Below, piece by piece: positions 26,129-39,130 of a stretch of 64,000 nucleotides of DNA. The notes under the pieces are model-generated. The model had not been told where the DNA came from. It worked only from the letters and a program-made list of their open reading frames with translations, and did not search any database. Within the stretch, counting starts at the first letter, position 1. The number at the start of each line of letters is the position of its first letter. The translations under genes were made by a program, and so were the position numbers. The DNA is from Squalus acanthias (lineage: Eukaryota): the NCBI GenBank assembly GCA_030390025.1, contig CM059433.1:62620001-62684000 (forward strand), read 5' to 3'.

Positions 26129-26336
26129 CATTGTTTTGCATGTGGAGTACTTTATAAATGTATGAATATGGTGCAGTTAAAATAGTGAGATCACTATCAC
26201 AGGAATATTATCTGTGTATACCAAGGAAAATAAATTAAAACTGGCAACCACATCTTATTTAGCTTTTTATTCCAGATTTATTTAATTAATTGCATTTAAA
26301 TTCCCCAGCTGCTGTGGAGGTATTTGAACTCACGTG

Positions 26337-29300
26337 AACAGTAGCATAGTGGTTATATTACTGGACGAGTAATCCAGAGGCCTGGACTAATGATCCGGAG
26401 ACATGAGCTCAAATCCCACCACGGCAGCTGGGGAATTTAAATTCAGTTAATTAAATAAATCTGGAATAAAAAGCTAGCATCAGTAATGGTGACCATGAAA
26501 CTATCGGATTGTTGTAAAAATCCACCTGGTTCACTAATGTCCTTTAGGGAAGGAAATCTGCTGTCCTTACCTGGTCTGGCCTATATGTGACTGTAGACCC
26601 ACAGCAATGTGGTTGACTCTTAACTGCCCTCTGAAATGGCCTAGCAAGCCACTCAGATGTACACAACCGCTACGAAAAACAAGAATAAAACCGGACGGAC
26701 CACCCGGCATCGACTTCGGACACGACAACGGCACACCCTGGCCCAGTCGACCCTGCAAAGTCCGACTCACTAACATCTGGGAACTGGAGCCAAAATTGGG
26801 AGAGCTGTCCCACAGACTAGTCAAGCAACAGCCTGACATAGTCATACTCACAGAATCATACCTTTCAGCCAATGTCCCAGATTCCTCCATCACCATCCTT
26901 GGGTATGTCCTGTCCCACTGGAGGTGGAGGCACAGTGGCATACAGTCGGGAGAGAGTGGCCCTGGGAGTCCTCAACATTGACTCCGGACCCCATTAAGTC
27001 TCATGGCTTCAGGTCAAGCACAGGCAAGGAAACCTCCTGCTGATTACCACCTACCGCCCTCCCTCAGCTGATCAATCAGTACTCCTCCATGTTGAACACT
27101 ACTTGGAAGAAGCACTGAGAGTAGCAAAGGCACATAATGTACTCTGGGTGGTGGACTTCAATGTGCTGAAAGGGGTAGATTCAGAATATATCTAGCAGCT
27201 CAAAACTGGGCATCCATGAGGTGGGCCATCAGCAGCAGCAGAATTGTATTTCACCACAATCGGTAACCTCATGGCCCGGCATATCCCTCACTCTACCATT
27301 TCCATCAAGCCAGGGGACCAACCCTGGTTCAATGAGGAGTGCAAAAGAGCATGCCAGGGGCAGCACCAGGCATACCTAAAAATGAGGTGCCAACCTGGGG
27401 AAGCTGCAACACAGGACTGCATGCATAGTAAACAGCAGAAGCAGCATGCTATAGACAGAGCAAAGCGATCCCACAATCAACGGATCAGATCAAAGCAATC
27501 CCACAAATCAACGGATCAGATCAAAGCTCTGCAGTCCTGTCACATCTAGTTGTGAATGGTGGTGGACAATTAAACAACGACCAGGTGGAGTAGGCCCCAT
27601 GAATATCCCCATCCTTAATGATTGTGGAGCCCAGCACACGAGTGCAAAAGACAAGGCTGAAGCATTTGCAACCATCTTCAGCCAGAAGTGCCGAGTGGAT
27701 GATCCTCATCGGCCTACTCCTGAGGTCCCCACCATCACAGAAGCCAGTCTTCAGCCAATTCGATTCACTCCACGTGATATCAAGAAATGGCTGAGCGCAC
27801 TGATACAACAAAGGCTATGGGCCCTGACAACATCCCAGCTGTCGTGCTGAAGACTTGTGCTCCAGAACTAGCCGCGCCTCTAGCCAAGCTGTTCCAGTAC
27901 AGCTACAACACTGGCATCTATCCGACAATGTGGAAAACTGCCCAGGTATGTCCTGTCCACAAAAAGCAGGACAAGTCCAATCTGGCCAATTACCACCCCA
28001 TAAGTCTACTCTCAATCATCAGCAAAGTGATGGAAGGTGTCGTTGACAGTGCTATCAAGTGGCACTTACTCACCAATAACCTGCTCACTGATGCTCAGTT
28101 TGGGTTCCGTCAGGACCACTCGGCTCCCGACCTCATTACAGCCTTGGTCCAAACATGGACAAAGGAGCTGAATTCCAGAGGTGAGGTGAGAGTGACTGTC
28201 CTTGACATCAAGGCAGCATTTGACCGAGTGTGGCATCAAGGAGCCCTAGTAAAATTAAAGTCAATGGGAATCAGGGGGAAACTCTCCACTAGCTGGAGTC
28301 ATACCTAGCACAAAGGAAGATGATTGTAATTGTTGGAGGTCAATCATCACAACCCCAGGACATTGCTGCAGGAGTTCCTCGGGTAGCGTCCTGGGCCCAA
28401 CCATCTTCAGCTGCTTCATCAATGACCTTCTCTCCATCACAAGGTCAGAAATGGGGATGTTCGCTGATGATTGCACAGTGTTCAGTTCCATTCGCAACTC
28501 CTCAGATAATGAAGCAGTCCATGCCCGCATGCAACAAGACCTGGATGACATTCAGGCTTGGGCTGATAAGTGGCAAGTAACATTCGCGCCACACAAGTGC
28601 CGGGCAATGACTATCTCCAACAAGCGAGAGTCTAACCACCACCACTTGACATTCAACGGCATTACCATCGCTGAATCCCCCACCATCAACATCCTGGGGG
28701 TCACCATTGACCAGAAACTTAACTGGACCAGCCACATAAATACTGTGGCTACAAGAGCAGGTCAGAGGCTGGGTATTCTGCAGCGAGTGTCTCACCTCCT
28801 GACTCCGCAAAGCCTTTCCACCATCTACAAGGCACAAGTCAGGAGTGTGATGGAATACTCTCCACTTGCCTGGATGAGTGCAGCTCCAACACTCAGGAAG
28901 CTCAACACTATCCAGGACAAAGCAGCCCACTTGATTGTCACCCCATCCACCACCTTAAACATTCACTCCCTCCACCACCGGCATACCGTGGCTACAGTGC
29001 GTACCATCTACAAGATGCACTGCAGCAACTCGCCAAGGCTTCTTCAGCAGCACCTTCTAAACCCGCGACCTCTACACCCGAGAAGGACAAGGTCAGAAGG
29101 CGCATGAGAACACCACCACCTGCAAGTTCCCCTCCAAGTCACACACCATCCTGACTTGGAAATATATCGCCGTTCCTTCATCGTCGCTGGGTCAAAATCC
29201 TGGAACTCCCTCCCGAACAGCACTGTGGGAGTACCTTCACCACAAGGACTGCAGCGGTTCAAGAAGGTGGCTCACCACCACCTTCTCGAGGGCAACTAGG

Positions 29301-29362
29301 GATGGGCAATAAATGCTGGCTTTTCCAGCGACGCGCGCATTCCAGGAACGAATATAAAAAAA
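26337..29362 (+). mobile_element. Near full-length single-ORF LINE (APE endonuclease + RT, CR1-group-like) with tRNA-derived 5' head
   Basis: A box tagcatagtgg (~26342), B-box-like gagctcaaatccc (~26405); EN NIW..PDIVILTESYL, YRPP, DFN; RT NYHPISLLSIISKVME, DIKAAFDRVWH, GMFADDC; A-rich tail; internal deletion near 27165 and frameshifts. Confidence 0.88.
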
Positions 29363-29769
29363 CCTTCACTCTATCCTCGCTGAGCTACACTGTTCCCTGT
29401 CCCATAAAATCCATGTTTTAAAATACTTATCTTCAGCTACAAATTCTTCCATGGCCTGACCCCACCTTCCTCTGCAAACTTCTCCAGCTTTATGACCCCT
29501 CCCGTACCCTCCTGCCCTCTAACTCTGAACTTCAGTGAATTCTCCACTTGCTCCACTCCATTATTGGAGGCATAGCCTTCAGCTGTCCGAGTCCTACTTT
29601 CTGCAACTTCATCCCCAAACCCCTCTGCCTCTCTACCTTCAGAAAACCCATCTTTTTGGCAAAGTCATTGATCACCTCTCTGACTCTCCTCGGACGGTTT
29701 GGAGTCCGTTCCTCTCTGCATCTGTGAAGTCCTTTGCGATGTTCTTCTTCACAAATATGCTGTCTAAAA

Positions 29770-29900
29770 TATGGTTCAGACGAAAGATCACTGACCGGAT
29801 ATGTAAACCTTACCTTCCTCTCTCCACAGATGCTGCCTGACCTGCTGACTGTTTCCAGCATTTTCTGTTTTAATTTCAGATTTCTACCAGCTGCAGTATT
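29770..29900 (+). mobile_element. Penelope-like element 3' tail with degenerate hammerhead
   Basis: ttcagacgaaagatc...ctctccacagatgctgcctgacctgctga..tttccagcattttctg matches 59630-59730. Confidence 0.7.
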
Positions 29901-31564
29901 TTTCTTTTTGTTATATAAAATGTTGTTATTGTTAAATATGTTAAAGTAGAATGATAATACTGGATGTTTTTTGCCAGATTATGCTAAAAGATGACAGAAA
30001 ATCATCTGTGTTACAGCAGCTTTTAAAACAGAAAAGGGATTCACCAGCTTACTTTGCTAGTACTTTGTGAGTATACATGCCTTTGTGATCACAAACCAGA
30101 TGTTTATTTGGTATTAATGAGTGGTCTTTGTAAAGGCTCACAGATTCACCAATCCCTACAGTTCCTATAAACTCAATTGAGTGCCTATAGTGAGTAGAGA
30201 TTCACTATAGGATTGATGAGGTTTATCAAGAGAAAGGAGAGAGAGATTATTTATACTAAAAACAGACCCAGACAAAAAAAACATCCAGAGGAAACAGCCA
30301 TTGTTTAGAACGTCTCTCGTGTCTCAGGAGGTCTTTGTTTTGACCAATGCTGTTAACAAGTCGTTCTTTTTTATGGGATTTGGCTACTGTATACTTAAGT
30401 GCACTGTTAAAATACCATATTACACCAGCAGGAGCACTTTACAGACTCCGGGCCTGGGTAGAGCTGGGAGGTAAAAAAGCTAACAACGGTAAACGAACAG
30501 TCTTATTGGACTCCCCATGTTAAGACTATCTCTCAAACATATACACAACGTCATCACAAACGTGCACTGCAACTTTTGGAATCACTAATTTAACAATTTC
30601 ACTTCATTAACTCTAGCAGTCCACTCAATGAGCACAGCTCTCTCTCCCCTGAAATAGGCCAAACCAGCACTACACATGCTGCAGCAATTACTGAAATCTC
30701 TACAGTACTTACATTTTAATTGGCTTTTCCAAAACAAAAGAAAACAGTTATTTGGCTTGGCTTTGAGAGCATGCTTACCATAACATGACTTCTTCACAAA
30801 CTAAAACCAAATGCTCCAAGGCATAAAATAAAACATTGTTAATGTGTATCCGTTACTGCCCCAACATATATTCGAGTAGTTTCCATATTTACAACTACCT
30901 GCTGGCAAAGCAACTGGGGCATTCGTTAATCACCGTGAGCTTTAAGCAGTAAGAAAATCTGTTTAACCATGTTGTCCTTGTAACTGATATTACAGAAACA
31001 TCTGACTAAAGGGCCGTCATGTTAGCAGGGAATAACCAATTACCATTTTAATGCCCTTTTAATTATTACTTCAGTCTGAGAACCTTTACTCCAGTCTTGA
31101 GTGTCAACAGGAACTGTGTAACATTTGCTTCACCCGAACAATCCTCAAATACATAATACATAAACACATAATAATGTTTTTAGATAATATTTCTTGGCAT
31201 CTCACCCTTCAGAATGTGGGCAATATGAAATTCAAAACAGCGACTGGGTTTGCTTGATTTTCCAGCTCTGCAAATAGTCAAAGAATCTTTAAAATAAAGA
31301 AAGAAATATCACATAGTATATTTTCATGGAGACTGTATATCACAGGCCTTTTCTGCAAATTTTAGCCACATTTGTAGGTCATTAAGCAATGCTAACAGTA
31401 CATAGAGCCAAATACTTTCTCCTTATGAAAAGAGAAACTCCAGACACGAAAACAACTTATATTTAATATGATAGACTCCATCACTAATCGACTTCCCTGC
31501 ACCAATCTAGTATAATTTTATCTGAACAGTAAAACAATTTAAACAGTACAGGTTTTCTACTTAC

Positions 31565-31607
31565 CTAGTAGCAGCCAGCTTTGAAGAAATCATACTTGTA
31601 CAGCTGG
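31565..31607 (-). CDS. Candidate 43-nt exon of an unidentified host gene (..SCTSMISSKLAATR/S)
   Basis: Minus strand ttttcctatatttcag|CCAGCT...CTACTAG|gtaagt: good acceptor and consensus donor in unique sequence, one open frame; no homology recognised. Confidence 0.4.
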
Positions 31608-31811
31608 CTGAAATATAGGAAAACTAGAAATGGCAACACAAGAAGCTATTGTAAAAAAATACCAGCCTTAATTGTTATGGGCGGGGACAGTTATTAAACA
31701 AAAGAAAAGTTTTATTGACAGAAACCATCCAAATTTAAAAGACAATATTTAACTCTAATTGTTCCCTTTATATTACAGAACTGTTTCAAACTGAAACAGT
31801 TTTACAACATG

Positions 31812-31950
31812 TAATAAAAAAGGAAAATACTGCAGATGCTGGAAATCTGAAACAAAAACAGAAAAGGCTGAAAATACACAGCAAGTTAGTCAGTTTTTGT
31901 GGAAAGAACACGTATGTTAATGTCTTGGGTATGGATCCTTCATCAGTTCT
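31812..31950 (-). mobile_element. Penelope-like element 3' tail
   Basis: aaaatactgcagatgctggaaatctgaaa...; reverse strand ctgatgaaggatcc hammerhead remnant. Confidence 0.65.
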
Positions 31951-32138
31951 GAAAAATAGGAGGATTAATACAATCACAAATAAGGGTAGAGGAAAATGTA
32001 CATATAAATAAAGCAGACAAACCCAGAGAGGAATCATGAGTGGATTGAGAGAACAGATCTCACAGTGCCTCTGCTTATTACTTGACTAACACATTAAAGA
32101 GACAACTGCAACTTGCAGCCAAAGCAGATACATACGTT

Positions 32139-32728
32139 GGCGGAGAATATCTCGGTGCGCCGGCTTGAGCCAAAATCAGGTTCGGGCCTCATTTAAATTC
32201 TGCTGGTGCCAAATGGTGCCCCAGTGCAGCTTGCCAGTTCGGGATGGTGGGAAATTGGTTGGTAGGGTAGGCCACCCTGGGGAGGGGGCGCGTGGTGGGC
32301 ACAAGGGAGGGCTTGGAATGTGCTGGTAGCGGGCCGGAGTTTTTTTTTGTCACTCCAAAAGTTTTTTTTTAATTTCCTCCGCTGCTTTTTGAGAGGCCTC
32401 CTTTAAGAGTCCTTTTAAGGAAGTCTGGTTAGGTTGCTCAACACCTAGTATAACTGGGAGGAGTGTGCACGGCACAACCTCTGCACATTTGAATCTGAGT
32501 TTTGCAATGGTGGTCCTACAATTGGCACAGGATCCCGATTTGCACATTTCAGCAGCCTTACACCTGTTTCAGGTGGCCAAGCTGCTCACCCATTTACAAG
32601 CGCGCCTGAATATCGCATCAGGCGGGCCCTGGGCGTCCAAGGTAAACCCCCCACCCCCACCAATTTTCAATTGTCGACTACCTATATTTCAAGCACAAAA
32701 TGGGTGTCCATGAGTTGAATTTCTTCCC
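32139..32728. mobile_element. Degenerate GC-rich MITE-like element
   Basis: GC-rich block bounded by ggcggagaatat / gaatttcttccc; no clean TSD. Confidence 0.45.
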
Positions 32729-32999
32729 AACAAGGTGTGTTCACATCAGAACCCCAGATTTTTCATCTCTCCCATAGTTCACATTTCCCCAGGTCTCCTC
32801 TTTGGACATGTCTGATTTTTTTGTACACATATTATCCTCTCCTTTTTTTCTGATTGTCTCTTTATTTTTCAAATTTGAAGAAGGGTCTGCACCCAACACA
32901 TTCGTTCTCGCCACACATGCTGTGCTTTTCTGGTAACTTCTGCTCTTGTGTCAGTTTTGTAACATGCTAGGCTGTTGATGCTGTGGAACCCAGCCCATT

Positions 33000-33436
33000 A
33001 AAAGAAAAGAAATAACTTGCATTTATATAGCGACGTTCACAACCTCAGGATGTCCCAAAGCACTTTACAGTCAATGAAGTATTTTTGAAGTGTAGTCACT
33101 CTTGTAATGTAGGAAACGTGACAGCCAATTTGTGCACAGCAAGGTCCCACAAACAGCAATGACCAGATAATCTGTTTTTAGTGATATTGGTTGAGGGATA
33201 AATATTGTCCAGGGCACCAGGAAGAACTCCCCTGCTCTTCTTCGAAACAATGCCATGTGATCGTTTACTTCCACCCGAGGGGGCAGACGGGGCCTCAGTT
33301 TAAAATCTCATCCGAAAGACGGCACCTCCGACAGTGCACCACTGGAATGTCAGCTTGGGTTATTTGCTCAAGTCTCTGAAGTGGGACTTGAACCCACAAC
33401 CTTCTGACTCAAGAGGTGAGAGTGCAACCAACTGAG
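33000..33436 (-). mobile_element. tRNA-headed DeuSINE (SacSINE1-like), full length
   Basis: Reverse strand ctcagttgg A box, ggttcaagtccc B box, Deu core gtgccgtctttcggatgagatt.taaactgaggcccc, L2-like tail ataaatgcaagt. Confidence 0.85.
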
Positions 33437-33964
33437 ATAGGGCTTACACTATGTGGAGATTCCACGGCACTAGTGGCATCAAAGTTGTTGCAATTCATAA
33501 CTTATATTCTGTTAGTTTGCCTTCACTGATGGCTGGCAAAGGTCTACACAAGCTGGCAATGAAAAACCTGCATTGCTGACTCGTCTGAGTGGGCTGACAG
33601 CTCAGCCGGGTTGTGACAAGAAAAATAGCACAGGTTTGTGCCACCACTACCAAGTGTTTGTACTATTGCCTCTGGAGTGGGCAGGCAAATACTACCTCTT
33701 AAGGTGGGTTTTTTTGTCGTCTTGACAGCAGTAACACCACCCGATGTGCATTACAGAGCAGCAACACCGTAACATAAAAGAGGACTAAGATTGCCACTAA
33801 CTACCAGGTTGCAAGCAACAAGCAATGCATCAGCATCTGATGATAAAAGCTTGCTGAGGATCTCTCCAGAGCAGTTGTGAGGGCTCATCGTAGATACAGT
33901 AAATGGAAAACAACATCCACTTCTAACATCTGTGTTATTTCATCTGCTGAAATAAGTGAATTTC

Positions 33965-34120
33965 CCTGCACCAAGTCCCGTTCGCCCATCTCCCCTGTGC
34001 TCGCTGACCTACATTGGCTCCCGGTTAAGCAACGCCTCGTTTTCAAAATTGTCATCCTTGTTTTCAAATCCTTCCATGGCCTCGCCCCTTCCTATCTCTA
34101 ATCTCCTTCAGCCCCACAAC
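33965..34120 (+). mobile_element. L2 LINE fragment
   Basis: ISPVLADLHWLPVKQRLVFKIVILVFKSFHGLAPSYL. Confidence 0.85.
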
Positions 34121-36559
34121 AACCCCCCTCCCTCCCATTAAAATTACTAACATAAAATATTAAATCTTCTGCAACACACTAGTTGTATAGGACAACTACT
34201 GTATCGGAAAAGTCTACTGGATTAAACAATAAATTGTACTTGCACACATCAGCACTAGAAATAAATCTAGTGAACACTGAATGTTACAAAATCCCCAAAA
34301 CTGGTATTCTGCCGAAATTTCTATTTGGTACAAGTGGTGCAACAAAATAATGCAAAAATTCTTGCCTTGCATATGGATTTATATAGTTCACTCTTTTCAA
34401 CTTTGGTGATGCCCTGCACTATGAGCCTTTAACCTTGTCCTTGGCTTCTTGATTAAAAAAATGTTTTTTAAATCCTGTTTGAAATACTCCTCTAATTGTT
34501 AGCCGGTTGTATAAACTATGGATACAAAAGCAAGAAAATGAGCTCCCAGATGCAGATTAGGATGCACTGTAGAAAACTGAGTGCTTCAGAACTCAAGTCA
34601 ACTGCAGTTAAATTATTTGGTCCACAGCACTGTGGGTGAAAATTGCAACACAATGCTGCAGGAGCCTTTTTGAAAATAATCAAGTTGCAATAGGAAAGTA
34701 GGCAACATCTGTGGAGAGTTCAACAATTTAATTATCCCATTTTTACTTTTTCTCAGTGTAAAAGGACTATGTTATTTAAGACTGGTAAATTAGCATGGTA
34801 ATACAAGTTTAATTACTTATGTTCAAAGTTGTCCTGCCCCAAGCTTCATGTGTCTATTTGAGCACTATGTTCTATTTTAGGGCTGGGCAATCACAGAGAG
34901 AGACAGAGAGATGGAATAATTTGCTTACATCCTGCGCACTGAACAACTGTTCAGAAGACCACCAGTAACAACCATGGAGTTGATCAAAACAGATGAGAGA
35001 TCTGGGACACTGCACTGGAATACGACTTGTAGGACTGACACACTGGTTGTACCCTAATCACGACATAACAATCCCAGGCAACAGGAGGGAACAAAAACAA
35101 CTAGATTCTCCAAATGCACATTTTGTTCCATCCTCACCTGTGTAATATAGCCAAAGTAATAACGGTTATCATTATGACAAATCAAAGGCTATAAAGGGAG
35201 CGTAAAGTGAAATATTCCAGCTTCTAAATACTTTCTCCCCTGCAAGAGAGCTTCAAATCACCACGGAACAATGGGATGGGAAAATAGCATCAAAAGGTAA
35301 TGGCAATACTATGTGCTCCCAAATGTAGTTGTCGTTTTGAGAAGTTTCGGTTGTAAGATCAGAGTACTGATTTTGTGGGCGGATTCTGAGACAGGAGTCA
35401 TTTCTGCTGGGTTTCCATCCTATAATGGCTTCTTGTAGCTCCCAACACACTCTCAGATCTTCTATGTGCTTGCCGAAGCTGCTGGAGATCATTACGATAC
35501 ATTAAAACCAGCAACAACAGCATTAGATTCCCCAACTCTTGAAGCTTGTGCTCTAGGTCCCACAACTCCAAAGCCATGGGCAGCCTTATCCTCAATCTCT
35601 GCCGGCAAGGTGGAACATCCTCACCCACTCCGCACTACTCTGTGAATCAGCCAGTGCAATCACTGACACTGCCGAATCCTGCCTGATGGAAGTATCTAAG
35701 CTGGTGTTTGGGAGTGAGAAAGCAAGTGACACAGGGGGTGAAATCAGGGGGTTGTGGCAGAGGAAATCTTGGAACTCCTGTGCGGCCTTATCCCCAGCCA
35801 CCTTTTCTTTCACATCATCGTCGTCACTGTCATCATCATAATTCATGAGGAAGAGTTTTCTTGCCTCCTGCTCATCATCTTCCTCCTCTTCCGTTATCAC
35901 CCTCTACCCCCACCTCCACTGCCACCACTGGATCTTTAGGAAAGGAGGTCACAAGCTAAGAATGTGTGAGCGTAACTCCCTTGGGATTAAGGAGACAGAG
36001 AAGGCTGTGAAAGCCTCTGGATCTCTGCTGCTTCACAGGGATGCCATGGCAACTGCGTAGGTGGACACCCACTAACCAGCTGCACGCACTGTAGCATTAG
36101 TCTTGCCATCTCCCACAGGTTGAGCAGTGACTCACCAGCAGCTTAATGGCCTAGTCCTCATAGGGGTCAACTTTATGATGTCCAGTTTTGGAGGCATTGT
36201 GAGTAAGTTTCTCTAATTTTGAAACCCCTTCCACCCCACCCCAAAGGAGTTGCCCAACTGAACACTCAATGAGCTAACCCCGCAACTGACAGCAGTGTCG
36301 ACTAGGATTTCAAATGTACTTTGACCCACAAGGCAAACCACCATCTGAATTTCCATCATTCTGCTCAACATGCTTACTGAATTTGCATAATATGATCAGA
36401 CCGTTATATTAACTGTAAACTAACCTGCCTTGAAGGGTCCCCACCTAATGGGCTGTTTTTGGATGGGTTCAGCTGCCAAGCCTACTCCACCTAGCGATTA
36501 GCACTGCAACAGATGCTATGACTTTCTAAAAATATCAGCTTAGGGAAGAGAGGATCATG

Positions 36560-36991
36560 GCCGGCCTCATCATCAACATTGGACAGTGGGGACGGGAAAA
36601 TCGGAGGCCTTGTGGGGTGGTCTCTGATCGCAGGGGGTGGGTTCGGCAGGGACCCTGGATCCAGGAGGTAGGTATAAAGCCACTTACTTCCTGGGTGCAG
36701 CAGTCCCCACCTCGATTTAACTGCCGGGTTTCACGAATTGTGTGAAACCCGTTCACCGGCAGTTAAACACAAAATGGACAGGGGAAAAAAAGAGGCTTCC
36801 AGCCTCATTACAATATTTAAATTGAGGTAACGCCCCCTGGCAGTGGGTTGGTCGCTCGCCCTGTCCCGCCTCAGGCAAAACCAAAAGTGGGTGGGTTGGA
36901 GGAGGGATCAGGTCGGAAATCCCATTTTAACACTTTAACTGCCCCCACGCTCCAAACCCACGTGTTTTTTTTTAAGGGGAAAATTCCACCC
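36560..36991. mobile_element. Harbinger-type MITE remnant, same family as 17681-17990 in opposite orientation
   Basis: Ends ttttaacactttaactgccccca..aaaattccaccc; central palindrome caggaggtaggt..acttacttcctg; left boundary uncertain. Confidence 0.6.
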
Positions 36992-37711
36992 TCTGTGTTT
37001 CTTGTACGAGGACACCTAAATCTCTCTCAACACCAACATTTAATAGTTTCTCACCATTTAAAAAATGCTGTTTTTCTATTCTTCCGACTAAAGTGAATAA
37101 CCTCACATTTCCCCACATTATACTCCATCTGCCACGTTACTGCACTCTAAATGTAGATAATCAATTTTGTTGATATATATTTATACTAAAACATTAATTA
37201 ATTTCCCACTCCAAAGAAAGCGGATTCGTATTTTCTGACACATGATAAAACATTCTGCTGGACATTGGATACCAGAGATACAACTTTGTATCAAAGATAT
37301 CAACAACCACCCTACTACCTGATTATACAAGGATTTTTGCTCTGAACTTATATTGCTTTGGGCATAGGTTCAGCATGAAAACTATATTATGGAGTCTCAA
37401 TCAGACTTGGTTTACACTCCACTGACATCCAACCACTGTGTTGGTTCTGCAGTAAAGAATCACCCTATCAATCTGGTCCATCAGTTACAGCGAGCACAAG
37501 ACACCACAGTCCTGTGCATATTGTGATACATATTGAAATTGCTCTATATCAGCCTGCTGACACAAATCCAATTTGTTGGGCTGGGAGTCACATCATTCTG
37601 TCAACAGGACAGGGACAAACAGGTTACAGTCGCTGCATACAATGGGCGTTTTGGTTTCCTCTGAAATTAGAGCACTACTGTCCTTGCAGACTCACATACA
37701 CAATACACAAT

Positions 37712-38463
37712 GGCCCGAAAATTAGACCTAATACGGGAGATTACGCACTGTGTACTCTCGCGTATTAGGTCCCGAAGTGCCGGTTTCCTGCATGCACTGT
37801 GCATGCGCGGGAAACCGGCACTTCGGGTATTGCGAAGGGGGCGGTTCCTAAGTGAACCGCGTGCGCGCTACAGGTTGTGCGCACGCAGCGCACTTAGTTT
37901 TTTTTTCAGTTTTGAACGCGCAGGTAAGTGTTGAAGATTTTACACATAAAGAAAGCAGGCGTAAGACCCCCTTTTAACAAGGTAAGTAGTTAATTAAGTA
38001 TTATTTTAAACTTTTTTCAACAGGTTTATCTTTTTTAGAGACTTTAAAGAAAGGTAAGTTTATTTTTATTACTTTTAAAAAGAATTTAAATTTTTTCAAA
38101 AATTTAAACTTTTTGTTTAAAGTGGTTAATTTATTTAACTATAGTTATTTTATTAATGTGATGGCTTTTTTAAAAAATTTAATTGAGGTTTAGCTGTTCT
38201 TTTAGGGGCTTGTTGTATTCATAGTTTTGACAGCTCTTCCTGTCAAAACTATGAATGAAAGATGGTGTGCTGCCATTGGCTCTAACTGGCCCACGTGATC
38301 CCAGAGGTACCATCGAACTAACTGCGCCTCTGGGACACGCACACACTGCGCGCCGGCACCAGGGAGAGGCCCAGGAACTGAAGTTCGTGTGGGCCAAAAC
38401 CATAAAGGTAGGCGCGGAGTGTGATATCCCCCGCGGCAACCATCGAAATCCAATTTCTGGGCC
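37712..38463. mobile_element. Hairpin-rich Harbinger-type MITE related to 53495-54234
   Basis: TIR ggcccgaaaatt / aatttctgggcc, flanks AAT/ATT; GC-rich ends, AT-rich core; internal stems gacctaatacg, cccgaagtgccggtttcc and ttcatagttttgacag. Confidence 0.85.
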
Positions 38464-38744
38464 ATTGTAGCACACACCTGCCTGCACATGTGCAGTGACA
38501 CCATCAGTATCAGAGTAAGCCAGAGCAACCTTTACAGTAGTAACTGTAATGTGGCCAGCACATGTGAATCAGTGTGTACCTCACTCAGGTTATTGTAGCA
38601 GCAGCAGTATCAGTAGAAACTCTCAAAAAATACTCTGTTCATCCTATAAATACTATAAGAGGTGGTTATAGCTATTGTTCAATAAAAATAGGCAGTGTAA
38701 AAAAAAGTACACATTTATACAAATTTCACTCAAACTTAAATGAA

Positions 38745-39130
38745 ACATCTCGATTTTAAAATTCTCATCCTTGTTTTCAAATCCCTCCATGGCCTCACTC
38801 CTCCCTATCTCTGTAACCTCCTCCAGCCCTAGAACCCGCCGATATCTCTGCACTCTTGCAATTCTGGCCTCTTCTGCATCCCCCATTTCCATTGCCTCAC
38901 TATTGGCGGACGTGCCTTCAGCTGCCTCGGCCTTAAGCTCTGGAATTCCCTCCCTAAACCTCTCTTCCTCTCTCTCCTCCTTTAAGACACTCCTTAAAAC
39001 CTACCTCTTTGACCAAGCTTTGACCTGTCTAAATCTCTCATGTGGCTCGGTGTCAAATATTGTTTTATAACACGCCTTGGGATGTTTTACTACATTAAAG
39101 GCGCTAAATAAATGCAAGTTGTTGTTGTTT
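38745..39130 (+). mobile_element. L2 LINE 3' end
   Basis: DFKILILVFKSLHGL.PPYL, LWNSLP, FKTLLKTYLFDQA; tail ataaatgcaagttgttgttgtt. Confidence 0.85.

Noticed and set aside
26337-26425. tRNA gene (also 33370-33436, 63293-63330)
   Set aside because: Only A/B boxes, no cloverleaf; these are heads of retroposons
27466-27526. Short tandem duplications (also 1850-1875, 58717-58746)
   Set aside because: Ordinary slippage duplications with no spacers; not CRISPR-like
31569-31612. miR-22-like or C/D snoRNA-like hairpin
   Set aside because: Seed differs from miR-22, the stem is only 9 bp, and the spacing is too short for a snoRNA
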